Shown in pieces: positions 9,180-17,402 of a stretch of 41,180 nucleotides of DNA. The position numbers and the translations under genes were made by a program. The DNA comes from a virus (lineage: Duplodnaviria; Heunggongvirae; Uroviricota; Caudoviricetes): IMG/VR virus record IMGVR_UViG_3300002835_000066, positions 64,001 to 105,180 of that record, one strand, 5' to 3'. A model generated the notes under the pieces. It searched no databases and had not been told where the DNA came from. It was given only the letters and a program-made list of their open reading frames with translations. The stretch's first letter is position 1. The number at the start of each line of letters is the position of its first letter.

Positions 9180-10022
9180 TTAGCGAGCTGGTCTACGAGC
9201 AGGTCTACGTGATTCTGCTACTGGGCTTCTAGTGTGTGCGCCGTCATCACCGTGCTTTGGCTTAGGAGCTGCTTCACCCTTGTCCTTGAAGTTATCCTTA
9301 CCTGGACTATTCTTGAAGTTACCTGCGCCCTTTACTGAGGTTTCACCCTTTGAGTAAAAGTTGCTTGGTGCTTTAGGAGCTGTAGGAACTGCTTCACTGG
9401 CGCCGCTGAACTTTACTGGATGACTGTCCATACCAGCTTGTCCTGATCCTTGAAGACCTGGGCTCTTAGTTTGAACGCCGTTGTCGCCGTGAGTTACAGA
9501 AATCTTCTTAAGTTGAACTGCTTCCATCATTGCTTCTTCGTCTTCTTCAGCTCCGAATTCCATTTCTTCTTCGCCGTCATCAGCTCCGAATTCCATTTCT
9601 TCTTCGCCGCCGAAGTCTGCATCAGCGCCGCCGCCCATGATGTCTTCGAATTCAGCCATCAATTGGTCAAGCTTGTCTTCGATACGGATTACAGCGTCTT
9701 CAACTTCTTCGCCTTCTTCGTCGCCGAAGTCTTCGGTGCCGTCAAGTTCAACATCTTCTTCACTATCAGTGAAGTCAAAATCGTCTTCTTCTTCTTCAGT
9801 AACACCGGCTTCTTCAGCATTGATTTCGTCAAGTAGATCGCCTACTTGTCCGCCCATGTCATCTTCCATCACATCGTCTTCCATTTCGTCTTCTTCGGCC
9901 ATAATTGACTCAAAGATTTCTCTTGATCTTTCTACTACGATTTCGTGGAATAGTTCATTGGCTCTATCGTTATCTTCATTGATAACGAGGTCCATTAGTT
10001 GTTCGAATTTTTTGATATCCAT
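9180..10022 (-). CDS. highly acidic prohead core/internal protein
   Basis: 280 aa, Asp/Glu-dominated centre and basic C-terminus; lies between portal and protease like T4 core genes 67/68; SD AGGAG. Confidence 0.65.
   Translation of the reverse strand: MDIKKFEQLMDLVINEDNDRANELFHEIVVERSREIFESIMAEEDEMEDDVMEDDMGGQVGDLLDEINAEEAGVTEEEEDDFDFTDSEEDVELDGTEDFGDEEGEEVEDAVIRIEDKLDQLMAEFEDIMGGGADADFGGEEEMEFGADDGEEEMEFGAEEDEEAMMEAVQLKKISVTHGDNGVQTKSPGLQGSGQAGMDSHPVKFSGASEAVPTAPKAPSNFYSKGETSVKGAGNFKNSPGKDNFKDKGEAAPKPKHGDDGAHTRSPVAESRRPARRPAR
9547..9609. repeat. 30-bp perfect direct repeat, 33-bp period (GEEEMEFGA x2)
   Basis: tcagctccgaattccatttcttcttcgccg at 9547-9576 and 9580-9609. Confidence 0.9.
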
Positions 10023-10059
10023 TTAAATTTCTCCTGATGCTTGAATGGCTTTGTAGACT

Positions 10060-10067
10060 TACTTATG
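10060..10067 (-). promoter_or_regulatory. late promoter variant CATAAGTA
   Basis: Intergenic, upstream of the SD and ATG 10022; likely drives the core-protease-scaffold-capsid operon. Confidence 0.6.
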
Positions 10068-10128
10068 CCACTAGCAGGAAAAATGTTCAATAACTATGTA
10101 TTTTTTGAGTTTTTAGAAAAGATATACA

Positions 10129-10362
10129 TTATAGTGCCGGAGCACCTTCTCCCTCTTCAGGTTTTACACCATATTGCTTGCGAACTTTTTCTAAGTATTG
10201 CTTCTTTTCATAGCTTCTAACATCTAGCATTCTACGTAATTTACGAATTTGCTTTAAGGTTAACTTTGTTTTTCTAGATGTTCTATAGGTAGGTTTGCTG
10301 TTGTCAGCATTGACATCTTGCAGTCCATTAATAGGTGCGTCAAACATTTCGTAAAGTTGCAT
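10129..10362 (-). CDS. small basic head-module protein (77 aa)
   Basis: RKTKLTLKQIRKLRRMLDVRSYE basic helix; directly preceded by a late promoter; lies between portal and core genes. Confidence 0.75.
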   Translation of the reverse strand: MQLYEMFDAPINGLQDVNADNSKPTYRTSRKTKLTLKQIRKLRRMLDVRSYEKKQYLEKVRKQYGVKPEEGEGAPAL

Positions 10363-10366
10363 AGTT

Positions 10367-10564
10367 TTATTTATCTTTTTGTGTTTTGAAGTCTATCCAA
10401 AAACCGATTGCTACAATAAGATTCATCCCAAGCGAAGCCAAGAGTATGTGTATATCTTGATAGACATTCATATTCATACTTAAATGAACATGACCTACCA
10501 TCCAAAAGGGAATAGCTAAATTTTGAGAAATCCAAATTAAAAGAAACTTGATAAACTCTCTCAT
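10367..10564 (-). CDS. small two-helix membrane protein (65 aa)
   Basis: Two hydrophobic stretches (FIKFLLIWISQNLAIPFWMV; IHILLASLGMNLIVAIGFWI) and a basic tail; exactly fills the gap between portal and the next gene. Confidence 0.6.
   Translation of the reverse strand: MREFIKFLLIWISQNLAIPFWMVGHVHLSMNMNVYQDIHILLASLGMNLIVAIGFWIDFKTQKDK
10368..10375 (-). promoter_or_regulatory. late promoter GATAAATA (leaderless configuration)
   Basis: GATAAATA-AAACT-ATG(10362); overlaps the last codons GAT AAA TAA of the upstream gene. Confidence 0.7.
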
Positions 10565-10569
10565 CTAAA

Positions 10570-12360
10570 TTAGATTTGCATTCCGCCGCCACCTACGGGT
10601 CCAGCTGCGCCTCCGGGAACTGCTTCTCCGCCAGCACTGCCCACCGGCCCTGCTACGTCAAGTTCCGAATCACCCATTTCTTCACTAGATTCAATACTAT
10701 CGGCAGTTTCCATATCTGATTCAAAGTCCCCAGTAGAAACACCAATGTTACGCAAATCGCTGCCTGCAGGATCGGAAGTAACTTCTTCTTTGTTTTCTTC
10801 TTCCCACATACTTTCGTTACGTTTAATTTCTTCTTCAGTAAGACCTAAGAATCGTTCTAGTGCAAATCTCTTTGAAATGTATGGGAAAGCTTCCATGCTA
10901 GTGAAGGTACCTACTCTAGCATTATCTAGTTCACTTTGACGATATGCAGCAAAGTTCTGAGGAGGATTGAATACTAATTGGAATAGACTTGTATCAATGT
11001 TGAAGCCTCTCCAACGCAAGAACAATTTAAATTCTTCGTCAAACTTCATTGCCATGTAGTTCTGTAAACGTTCACAGTATTGATTGAATCTAAATTCTTG
11101 AATCATCGCAGTACCGACACGACCATCACTCAATGGGGTAGTGTTGTCATCCGGGCCAGTTGGTAAGTAAGATGACGGGACACGAAGACCACGAGCAAGA
11201 CGATTGTTGAAGTATTTCAAGTCATCGATTTCGCCTAGATTCTGTCCACCTGGAAGAACTTCAACTGATGAACCGCGACCTTCTGCTGTGACAGGGAAGA
11301 AGTAATCTTCGTTCATTGACAGTGGGTTGTATGTAGCGTCAACGATTGATTGTCCGCCGTATACTGAAGGGATTCTGCGCTGGTGAATTTCATTCTTAAC
11401 ACGCTCAACGAATGCCATAGCTAAGTGACTTGGCATATTACCAACGTCAATCTTGAACATTCTACGTTCAGGAGCACGTTGTACACGATAGATGAGAACA
11501 GCGTCTTCTAATAGTTCTTTCTGCTTGTAGACCTTAAAGATGTTCTCAAGGATTGACTGTCCAAACGGCCAGAATCTGTCAAGCCCTTCAGTCAATGATA
11601 CGTGAACAACATGTTTTGAATCTACCGCAGACTCACTCTGTCCTAATGTGAAACGTGATCCTGTAGTGTTATATGGCATTGCCGGAGTAGTATAGCCGCC
11701 GCTTTGTCCGCCGCCGCCTGAACCGCCTAAGCCAGTTGCAGGGTTAGCTGCAAAATCAGTGTTGGTCTTTTGTGCAACACTAAGATTCTGTAAGTTAATA
11801 TTGATATCTTTGATGACATACTGTTCCGGCTTCTTGCCTTCACTTTCGTTAACGATTACTTTAATAACCTTAACCATGTCAATCCAGTAAAGCTTGAAGT
11901 TTTCTGGATCACGAACGAATGCCTGATCTCCGTACTTGATTACGTTGCGGAAAATCTTAAACATACGAACATCAAATTCGTTTAGCTTACACCATTGTTG
12001 AAGTTGTTTAGTAAGCAATTCTACTTCATGTGGAGTAGGGTCTTCTTTAAATTCAAAACTGAATGGTGTTTTATTATGTTCGTTTCTCTGAGTACTAAAC
12101 TCAGCAATAATATCCAAACAAGCGTTAATTTCAGCATCAACATCCATCATTTCATATTGGTTGTAACGCTCAATTCTATTAGGATGTCCAGTATAGACTT
12201 CTGGTAGCCTACTCATATAATTCTTGTAGCCGAACTCAGTATTACTATAGCCGCCTGACGGGACGCCACCGCTGCTATTCCAAGCACCTGCGTTACTGTT
12301 CATTCCTGAGATAGGACTTGATACACCGGACTTGTTTAAGAATTTCTTTTTATATGACAT
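10570..12360 (-). CDS. gp20: portal protein, T4 gp20-like
   Basis: YEMMDVDAEINACLDII, KQKELLEDAVLIYRVQRAPERRMFKIDVGNMP, EDYFFP, GEIDDLKYF motifs. Confidence 0.97.
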   Translation of the reverse strand: MSYKKKFLNKSGVSSPISGMNSNAGAWNSSGGVPSGGYSNTEFGYKNYMSRLPEVYTGHPNRIERYNQYEMMDVDAEINACLDIIAEFSTQRNEHNKTPFSFEFKEDPTPHEVELLTKQLQQWCKLNEFDVRMFKIFRNVIKYGDQAFVRDPENFKLYWIDMVKVIKVIVNESEGKKPEQYVIKDININLQNLSVAQKTNTDFAANPATGLGGSGGGGQSGGYTTPAMPYNTTGSRFTLGQSESAVDSKHVVHVSLTEGLDRFWPFGQSILENIFKVYKQKELLEDAVLIYRVQRAPERRMFKIDVGNMPSHLAMAFVERVKNEIHQRRIPSVYGGQSIVDATYNPLSMNEDYFFPVTAEGRGSSVEVLPGGQNLGEIDDLKYFNNRLARGLRVPSSYLPTGPDDNTTPLSDGRVGTAMIQEFRFNQYCERLQNYMAMKFDEEFKLFLRWRGFNIDTSLFQLVFNPPQNFAAYRQSELDNARVGTFTSMEAFPYISKRFALERFLGLTEEEIKRNESMWEEENKEEVTSDPAGSDLRNIGVSTGDFESDMETADSIESSEEMGDSELDVAGPVGSAGGEAVPGGAAGPVGGGGMQI

Positions 12361-12384
12361 TTTTACCGCTCTTGGTTGTTTAAG

Positions 12385-12392
12385 TATTTATG
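12385..12392 (-). promoter_or_regulatory. late promoter CATAAATA for portal
   Basis: Immediately after the upstream stop codon, 24 nt before the portal ATG. Confidence 0.7.
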
Positions 12393-15300
12393 TTAAACCA
12401 TACTGTTCTTTAATATCTTTTCTCTAGTATCGTTACCATCAGAGATAGCACTAACCATATCGCCTAGTTTACTGAGCATACCCTCTACTAATTCAGCATT
12501 CATATTCACTACTCTTTCGAGAATTTCTTTTTCCATAGTTGGCGCAGTAGAAGATATTGCGTTGGATATTTCTGGTGTCTCTGCCGGAGTTTTAGCTAAT
12601 TTCGCCAATACCGAATCTTGTGTTAGTGGAGTTATCATTTCAGAGCCGTGCATTTCAACTGGATATCCAGAATCCGGACCTTTGACTAAGCCGCCTTTTC
12701 TAGCTTGTAAAGAAGATTTTTTAGGAGACTCAATGTGCATATGACTGTAATGCCCTGGTGCCTTCCATATAACTTTAAATCCATCTGATCTGGCAGAATC
12801 TGCAATTTGATCAAACTTAGCTCTTGCCTTAGGATCTTTTGATTCATTTACGCCTCTGCCGATGTTAATGTCAATTGCTCTTCCCTCATAATGGCCTCTA
12901 CCTTTATGCACCGGTGCTACTCCACCGAATGCAGGATGTTCAGCCACTCTAATTCCCTGATCTTGTAATCGTTGTCCTAGGGCAACAATATCTTTGCTTC
13001 CGCCGCCTTGGCCCGCATTTTTTCCTTCTTTTAATACCTCAACTTTTCCTGCTTTAAACCCTTCAATTTTTTCCATGGCATTTAGCATAGCAGTTCTTTG
13101 TTCAGGAGTCAAATCACGCAGCGGAGTATTAGAGTTTACCCCTAATGCTTTTACAATAGTGTTTATGTAGCCTCTTGTATCATTTTCATTAGGCGGAGCA
13201 TATTTACTGATTGCTCCGGCAATAGTTTTGTTTTTATATTTGCTAGTATTAAACAGTAGTTCCTCTTTTGCTTTGCGACCCTGTTCATACGAGGAGAATA
13301 CTGCAAAACCTCCGGATTGCCCTACTGCTCCCTGACTTCTTGCAAAATCACCAGCCCTAATATTTCCGGGGTTATTATTTCGCCAAGCTAGTGTCCCTGT
13401 TCGTTTTTCTTCTCTGCCATCTTCATATTGAAGGTTAGTATATCCCGCGCCGCCTCCTGTTACCTTTGTCGCTGATCCACTTGTGCTGGTTGAGTCGCTG
13501 TCGGCATAATTAGAGCTACCAGGAGAGCTATCAGGAGAGCTACTAGGAGAGCTACTAGGAGAGCTACCGTCAGTGCTTGCGTCCTCGTCTTCTTCATCAA
13601 CACCTGCTATTTTATTTAGGATCTTTGAAGCATCAGTTAAACTTCTTCTAAACTGCATCATAGATTCTTCAGTGAATCTATGTCGTTTCATTTCGGCTTC
13701 TCTAAGACTATCTGTGCTTAGTGCAGCATCTGCCAATGAAGTCTTGAGTCTTTCAATATAATCAACTACATCAAGCTCATTATCATCTTCCATGGGAGTG
13801 CCTAATAACCCAGAAGATTTTCCTTTAACTTTGCTATTAATAGATCCCATTGCATTAATTGATTTATTTTGGTCTGCAAACATTTTTACAGCTTTTGCGA
13901 AAGTGCCGGTGATAGTCGCAAATGCTTGCACTGTTTTAGCAAATGCCGTTACAGTTTTAGCAAATGCTATTATAAGTTTACCGAACGATTCTATATTTTT
14001 TCCGAATGACGTAGCAACGGAAGAGGACATCCCTTTATTCGGACTGCCTAATTTATTTACAATTTCACCAAACTTCTCTACATGCTTACCGAATGCATCA
14101 GCAAACTTACCGTCGGCAGTTGCAGCGGATGCTTTTGCTGCATCTTTAGATTCGGGTTTAACAGCACTTAATTTTTTATCCAAATATTCGGTTTCAGATT
14201 TTACTCTATCTGCTTGAGCTTGGTTAGCTAAATTATCCATGAACATAAATCTACCGATATGTTCTATTCCGCGAGCTAACGATGATTGAGTTTTTTCCCA
14301 AGTTGACGCTCTTTCCCAATTTTTGTCATCTTGGCTTTGGATAGTTTTAGAGTCTAGATCTTTACCTACACCAGCGGCACCAAATCCTGCATCAATTACG
14401 TATGCGCCGCCTGCAACAATCGCAGCACCTTTTGCTGCTTTTAATAGTTGTGCTCCTTTACCAGCAGCGGCTGCTCCGCCTGCACCGGCTGCTCCTGCAC
14501 CTGCTGCTCCTGCGCCTGCTGCTCCTGCGCCTGCTGCTCCTGCACCGGCTGCTCTTGCGCCTGCTGCTCCTGCGCCTGCTGCTCCTGCGCCTGCTGCTCC
14601 TGCACCGGCTGCTCTTGCGCCGCCTGCTGCTGCTCCTCCTGCTAATCTAGCAAGTCCGCCCCTAGCTGCAATTGCAAGTGCAGCTAACCCAGCTGCGCCT
14701 GCTAGTGCGATTAATGCGGTGGAAGCAATCCCTAAATTACCTGCAAAACTATCAAATGCTGTTCTTAGAGCAATTTCAGTTTCAGTTAATATATTTCTAG
14801 CTTGCTGACGAGAATCTTCTGCTGCTTTACCCTTTCCGGCTGCATTATCATCTATTCTTTTTTGTATATCGGCTGCTGCCTTTTCTTGATCTAAGCCGAA
14901 CAGTCTGTTGCGTTCGGTTATACCACCGGTACCGCCGACTAAGTTTGCAGCATCAGGGCTTATCGCAGCGGCTATTTTAAGTTGATCCTGAGCCTTAGCA
15001 GAACTATCGGTTATAGCTTGAGTGTATTTTGCTGCGTCCTTCGCAGAGTTTATATTTCCGGCCCTAGTTTCTCTAGCTAATTCTTGAATGGTACCTAGGG
15101 TTCCACTAACTGCCATAGTGCCTAAACCTTCGGTAATAGGAGCTCCGGCCAGCGCCTGTCCATAACCCCTGCCTGCCTCTTCCCCTTGAAGTGCAGTTAT
15201 TTGAGCCTTAGTAGCCATTGCTAATTCAACTTGTGCAGCAAGTTTCTGTTTTTCTTCTTCAGTTGATGCCGACGCTATTTTTTTATTCATGTCGGCTACA

Positions 15301-16259
15301 TATAGCTGAAACTGGGTGTCGGCTGCCGCCGCTGCCATACGCTTTGTTTGATCCTCAACACTAAGTCCAGTCATGTCACTTAATGCTTGTAAATTTTTAA
15401 CATAAGCTAGAGATGTTTTTTGTAGTGTCTTCATTTCGCCATTAAATGAACGTAAAGATAAGCCAGCGCCGCCCATTAACTCAACGTAACCAGCTTGTGC
15501 TTCTACTAATTCAGCTTGGCTATATCCCAATCTCTGAAATTCTTGGCGAACCTCAGAGCCGACATTGGCCATTTCCATAAATCTGTTGGTAGAATCTACT
15601 GCACCATTACCAAGTTGCTTAAATGTTGACCCTAATTTTTGCATAGGTGCCATCAGTTTGTCTAAATCTTTAGCAGCAAACCCAATCTTATTTGCCATAC
15701 TAAGAATTTCATCGGTATTGAATGCATTAGCTGCACCCATTTTAGATATTTGATCATTGAATTTTAGAAGCGAATCTGCTTGTGCAAGTTGGTATTGCAT
15801 CAACATCGTTGCTGCCTTAACAACCCCGCCTATAACAGTGCCTAATATTCCAAAGTTCTTTCCTAAATCTAACGCAGCATCACCGGCTGAACCAATCATA
15901 CCGTTATATTTTGAAAACGAATGTGTACTGTCCATTATCACTGAACCTAGTGATAAGAATCCATTGGCAACAGTTCCCATTGCTTTGTTAATTCTATCAG
16001 TAGCTTCTTGGACTGCTTCTTGTCTTTCTTTTTCTGCCCGAGCATAAGCTTCTTCTTTTTTAGTAAGCTCTTCGGTAGATTCAGTGAGTTCTTTAGTGGC
16101 TTTAGTTGCTTTAGCTGAAGCTGTAGTTGATTTATCTGAAGCAGCAGTCAGGTCTTTCATGGATTTCATTTGAGCAGCCATCATGGCATTTTGCTCACTT
16201 AAGATTTCATACATTTCCCTTAATTGTTCATTAAGGCGTTCTACAATTTCCGGATCCAT
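12393..16259 (-). CDS. tape-measure-like tail protein with lysozyme-like and peptidase M15-like domains
   Basis: 1288 aa, Ala/Gln/Lys-rich helical body and hydrophobic Gly/Ala segment; RNNNPGNIR...ISKYAPPNENDT; HYEGRAID (H-x6-D) plus HMH; C-terminal GGLVKGPDSGYPVEMHGSEMITPL. Confidence 0.8.
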   Translation of the reverse strand: MDPEIVERLNEQLREMYEILSEQNAMMAAQMKSMKDLTAASDKSTTASAKATKATKELTESTEELTKKEEAYARAEKERQEAVQEATDRINKAMGTVANGFLSLGSVIMDSTHSFSKYNGMIGSAGDAALDLGKNFGILGTVIGGVVKAATMLMQYQLAQADSLLKFNDQISKMGAANAFNTDEILSMANKIGFAAKDLDKLMAPMQKLGSTFKQLGNGAVDSTNRFMEMANVGSEVRQEFQRLGYSQAELVEAQAGYVELMGGAGLSLRSFNGEMKTLQKTSLAYVKNLQALSDMTGLSVEDQTKRMAAAAADTQFQLYVADMNKKIASASTEEEKQKLAAQVELAMATKAQITALQGEEAGRGYGQALAGAPITEGLGTMAVSGTLGTIQELARETRAGNINSAKDAAKYTQAITDSSAKAQDQLKIAAAISPDAANLVGGTGGITERNRLFGLDQEKAAADIQKRIDDNAAGKGKAAEDSRQQARNILTETEIALRTAFDSFAGNLGIASTALIALAGAAGLAALAIAARGGLARLAGGAAAGGARAAGAGAAGAGAAGAGAAGARAAGAGAAGAGAAGAGAAGAGAAGAGGAAAAGKGAQLLKAAKGAAIVAGGAYVIDAGFGAAGVGKDLDSKTIQSQDDKNWERASTWEKTQSSLARGIEHIGRFMFMDNLANQAQADRVKSETEYLDKKLSAVKPESKDAAKASAATADGKFADAFGKHVEKFGEIVNKLGSPNKGMSSSVATSFGKNIESFGKLIIAFAKTVTAFAKTVQAFATITGTFAKAVKMFADQNKSINAMGSINSKVKGKSSGLLGTPMEDDNELDVVDYIERLKTSLADAALSTDSLREAEMKRHRFTEESMMQFRRSLTDASKILNKIAGVDEEDEDASTDGSSPSSSPSSSPDSSPGSSNYADSDSTSTSGSATKVTGGGAGYTNLQYEDGREEKRTGTLAWRNNNPGNIRAGDFARSQGAVGQSGGFAVFSSYEQGRKAKEELLFNTSKYKNKTIAGAISKYAPPNENDTRGYINTIVKALGVNSNTPLRDLTPEQRTAMLNAMEKIEGFKAGKVEVLKEGKNAGQGGGSKDIVALGQRLQDQGIRVAEHPAFGGVAPVHKGRGHYEGRAIDINIGRGVNESKDPKARAKFDQIADSARSDGFKVIWKAPGHYSHMHIESPKKSSLQARKGGLVKGPDSGYPVEMHGSEMITPLTQDSVLAKLAKTPAETPEISNAISSTAPTMEKEILERVVNMNAELVEGMLSKLGDMVSAISDGNDTREKILKNSMV
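13512..13568. repeat. 12-bp tandem repeat (about 5 units, SSSP-type)
   Basis: agagcta recurs at 13512, 13524, 13536, 13548 and 13560. Confidence 0.9.
14466..14640. repeat. 15-bp tandem repeat encoding GAGAA, with a 60-bp higher-order duplication
   Basis: gcgcctgctgctcct-type units; 14501-14560 is identical to 14561-14620. Confidence 0.95.
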
Positions 16260-16297
16260 ACAGTACTCTCAAATTAAAAAAACGGGTATTTTTATGC

Positions 16298-16321
16298 AAT
16301 AAATATACTATATCTATTTAG
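16298..16321. promoter_or_regulatory. crossed bidirectional late promoter pair
   Basis: AATAAATA on + (16298-16305), 9-nt spacer, TATTTAG = CTAAATA on - (16315-16321), between divergent genes. Confidence 0.65.
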
Positions 16322-16353
16322 TACTACTAGAACTATCAACTTAAGGAAAAGAA

Positions 16354-17178
16354 ATGGACAATAATCCACTAAGACAATATTTCAGAAGACCAGCAGTCTA
16401 CATTAGTTTGCCGTCGAAGGGCGAAGGTTATTCTAATGAGGACTTAGAAATGCCAGAAACCAATGAGCTTCCAGTATACCCAATGACTGCAATTGATGAG
16501 ATTACAGCAAGAACTCCAGACGCATTGTTTAACGGAACATCAATCGTTGACTTAATTAAAAGCTGTGTGCCGAGTATCAAGAACCCATGGGCTATCAAAA
16601 GCGTAGACATGGATGCTATCTTGATTGGTATTAGGGCTGCTAGCGGCGGAGAAATGCTAGAGATTGATACTACTTGCCCTAGTTGCGAAGTTACTGCAAC
16701 CTATAGCATCAATCTTATCGCAGCATTAAGTTCGTTGAAGCCAGGAAATTACAAGGCACCGCTTGAAGTCGGTAACTTAAAAATCAAATTTAGACCACTA
16801 GTATATAGTGAAATGAATCAAGCTTCGCTGGGTCAGTTTGAGGTTCAAAAGTTCTTCGATGCACTTTACACGATTGAAACCGACGAAGAAAGAAATGCTG
16901 CTAGCCGAGAAGCACTAGAAAAAATCACGTTCTTGACAATGGACATTCTAAGCAAAACCATTGAATACATTGAGACTCCTAATGGCAACGTAGACGATAA
17001 AGCATTTATTCTAGATTTCATGAAAAATTGTGATAATACAGTTTACAACTCTATTCGAGACCACAGTGCTGAACTTAAAGAAGGCACTGAACTCAAGCCT
17101 GCAACGATTAATTGCGCTAGCTGTAGCCATGAATACGACCAGGCATACAGCATTAACCCAACGGATTTTTTCGGCTAA
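16354..17178 (+). CDS. baseplate hub/tail assembly chaperone, T4 gp26/gp51-family-like
   Basis: NPLRQYFRRP, MTAIDEITARTPDALFNG, DMDAILIGIRAAS, CPSC...CASC zinc ribbon; SD AAGGA. Confidence 0.75.
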   Translation: MDNNPLRQYFRRPAVYISLPSKGEGYSNEDLEMPETNELPVYPMTAIDEITARTPDALFNGTSIVDLIKSCVPSIKNPWAIKSVDMDAILIGIRAASGGEMLEIDTTCPSCEVTATYSINLIAALSSLKPGNYKAPLEVGNLKIKFRPLVYSEMNQASLGQFEVQKFFDALYTIETDEERNAASREALEKITFLTMDILSKTIEYIETPNGNVDDKAFILDFMKNCDNTVYNSIRDHSAELKEGTELKPATINCASCSHEYDQAYSINPTDFFG

Positions 17179-17220
17179 AGCTTCTTATATCAAAACCCGA
17201 AGATATTAAGAAGCTATTAG
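17166..17220 (+). other. putative -1 programmed ribosomal frameshift signal
   Basis: In-frame heptamer T TTT TTC (17166-17172), 6-nt spacer, hairpin AGCTTCTTATATC (17179-17191) / GATATTAAGAAGCT (17202-17215), extendable by CTAA/TTAG. Confidence 0.75.
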
Positions 17221-17402
17221 ACCAATACGAAAAAGACGCAGCAGAAATTAAGGCCTCAGCCCTATCAATGTCTTGGCATATGAGGGGCGGGGCCAGCTAC
17301 GTGGATATACTAAACATGTCTACTGCCGAACGCAAAGAGATAGCCTCTATCATAGAAAGCAATCTTGACATAACTAAGAAAACTCAGTTACCTTACTTCT
17401 GA
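17172..17402 (+). CDS. gp51-like ORF in the -1 frame (76 codons), probable C-terminal extension of the upstream gene
   Basis: Manual translation RLKLLISKPEDIKKLLDQYEKDAAEIKASALSMSWHMRGGASYVDILNMSTAERKEIASIIESNLDITKKTQLPYF*; frame opens after TAA 17154-17156; first ATG only at 17268. Confidence 0.75.
   Translation, partial: RLKLLISKPEDIKKLLDQYEKDAAEIKASALSMSWHMRGGASYVDILNMSTAERKEIASIIESNLDITKKTQLPYF

Noticed and set aside
10371-10592. Alternative 73-aa ORF overlapping the portal 3' end
   Set aside because: Out-of-frame overlap with portal; the 65-aa ORF fits the gap and has coherent membrane topology.
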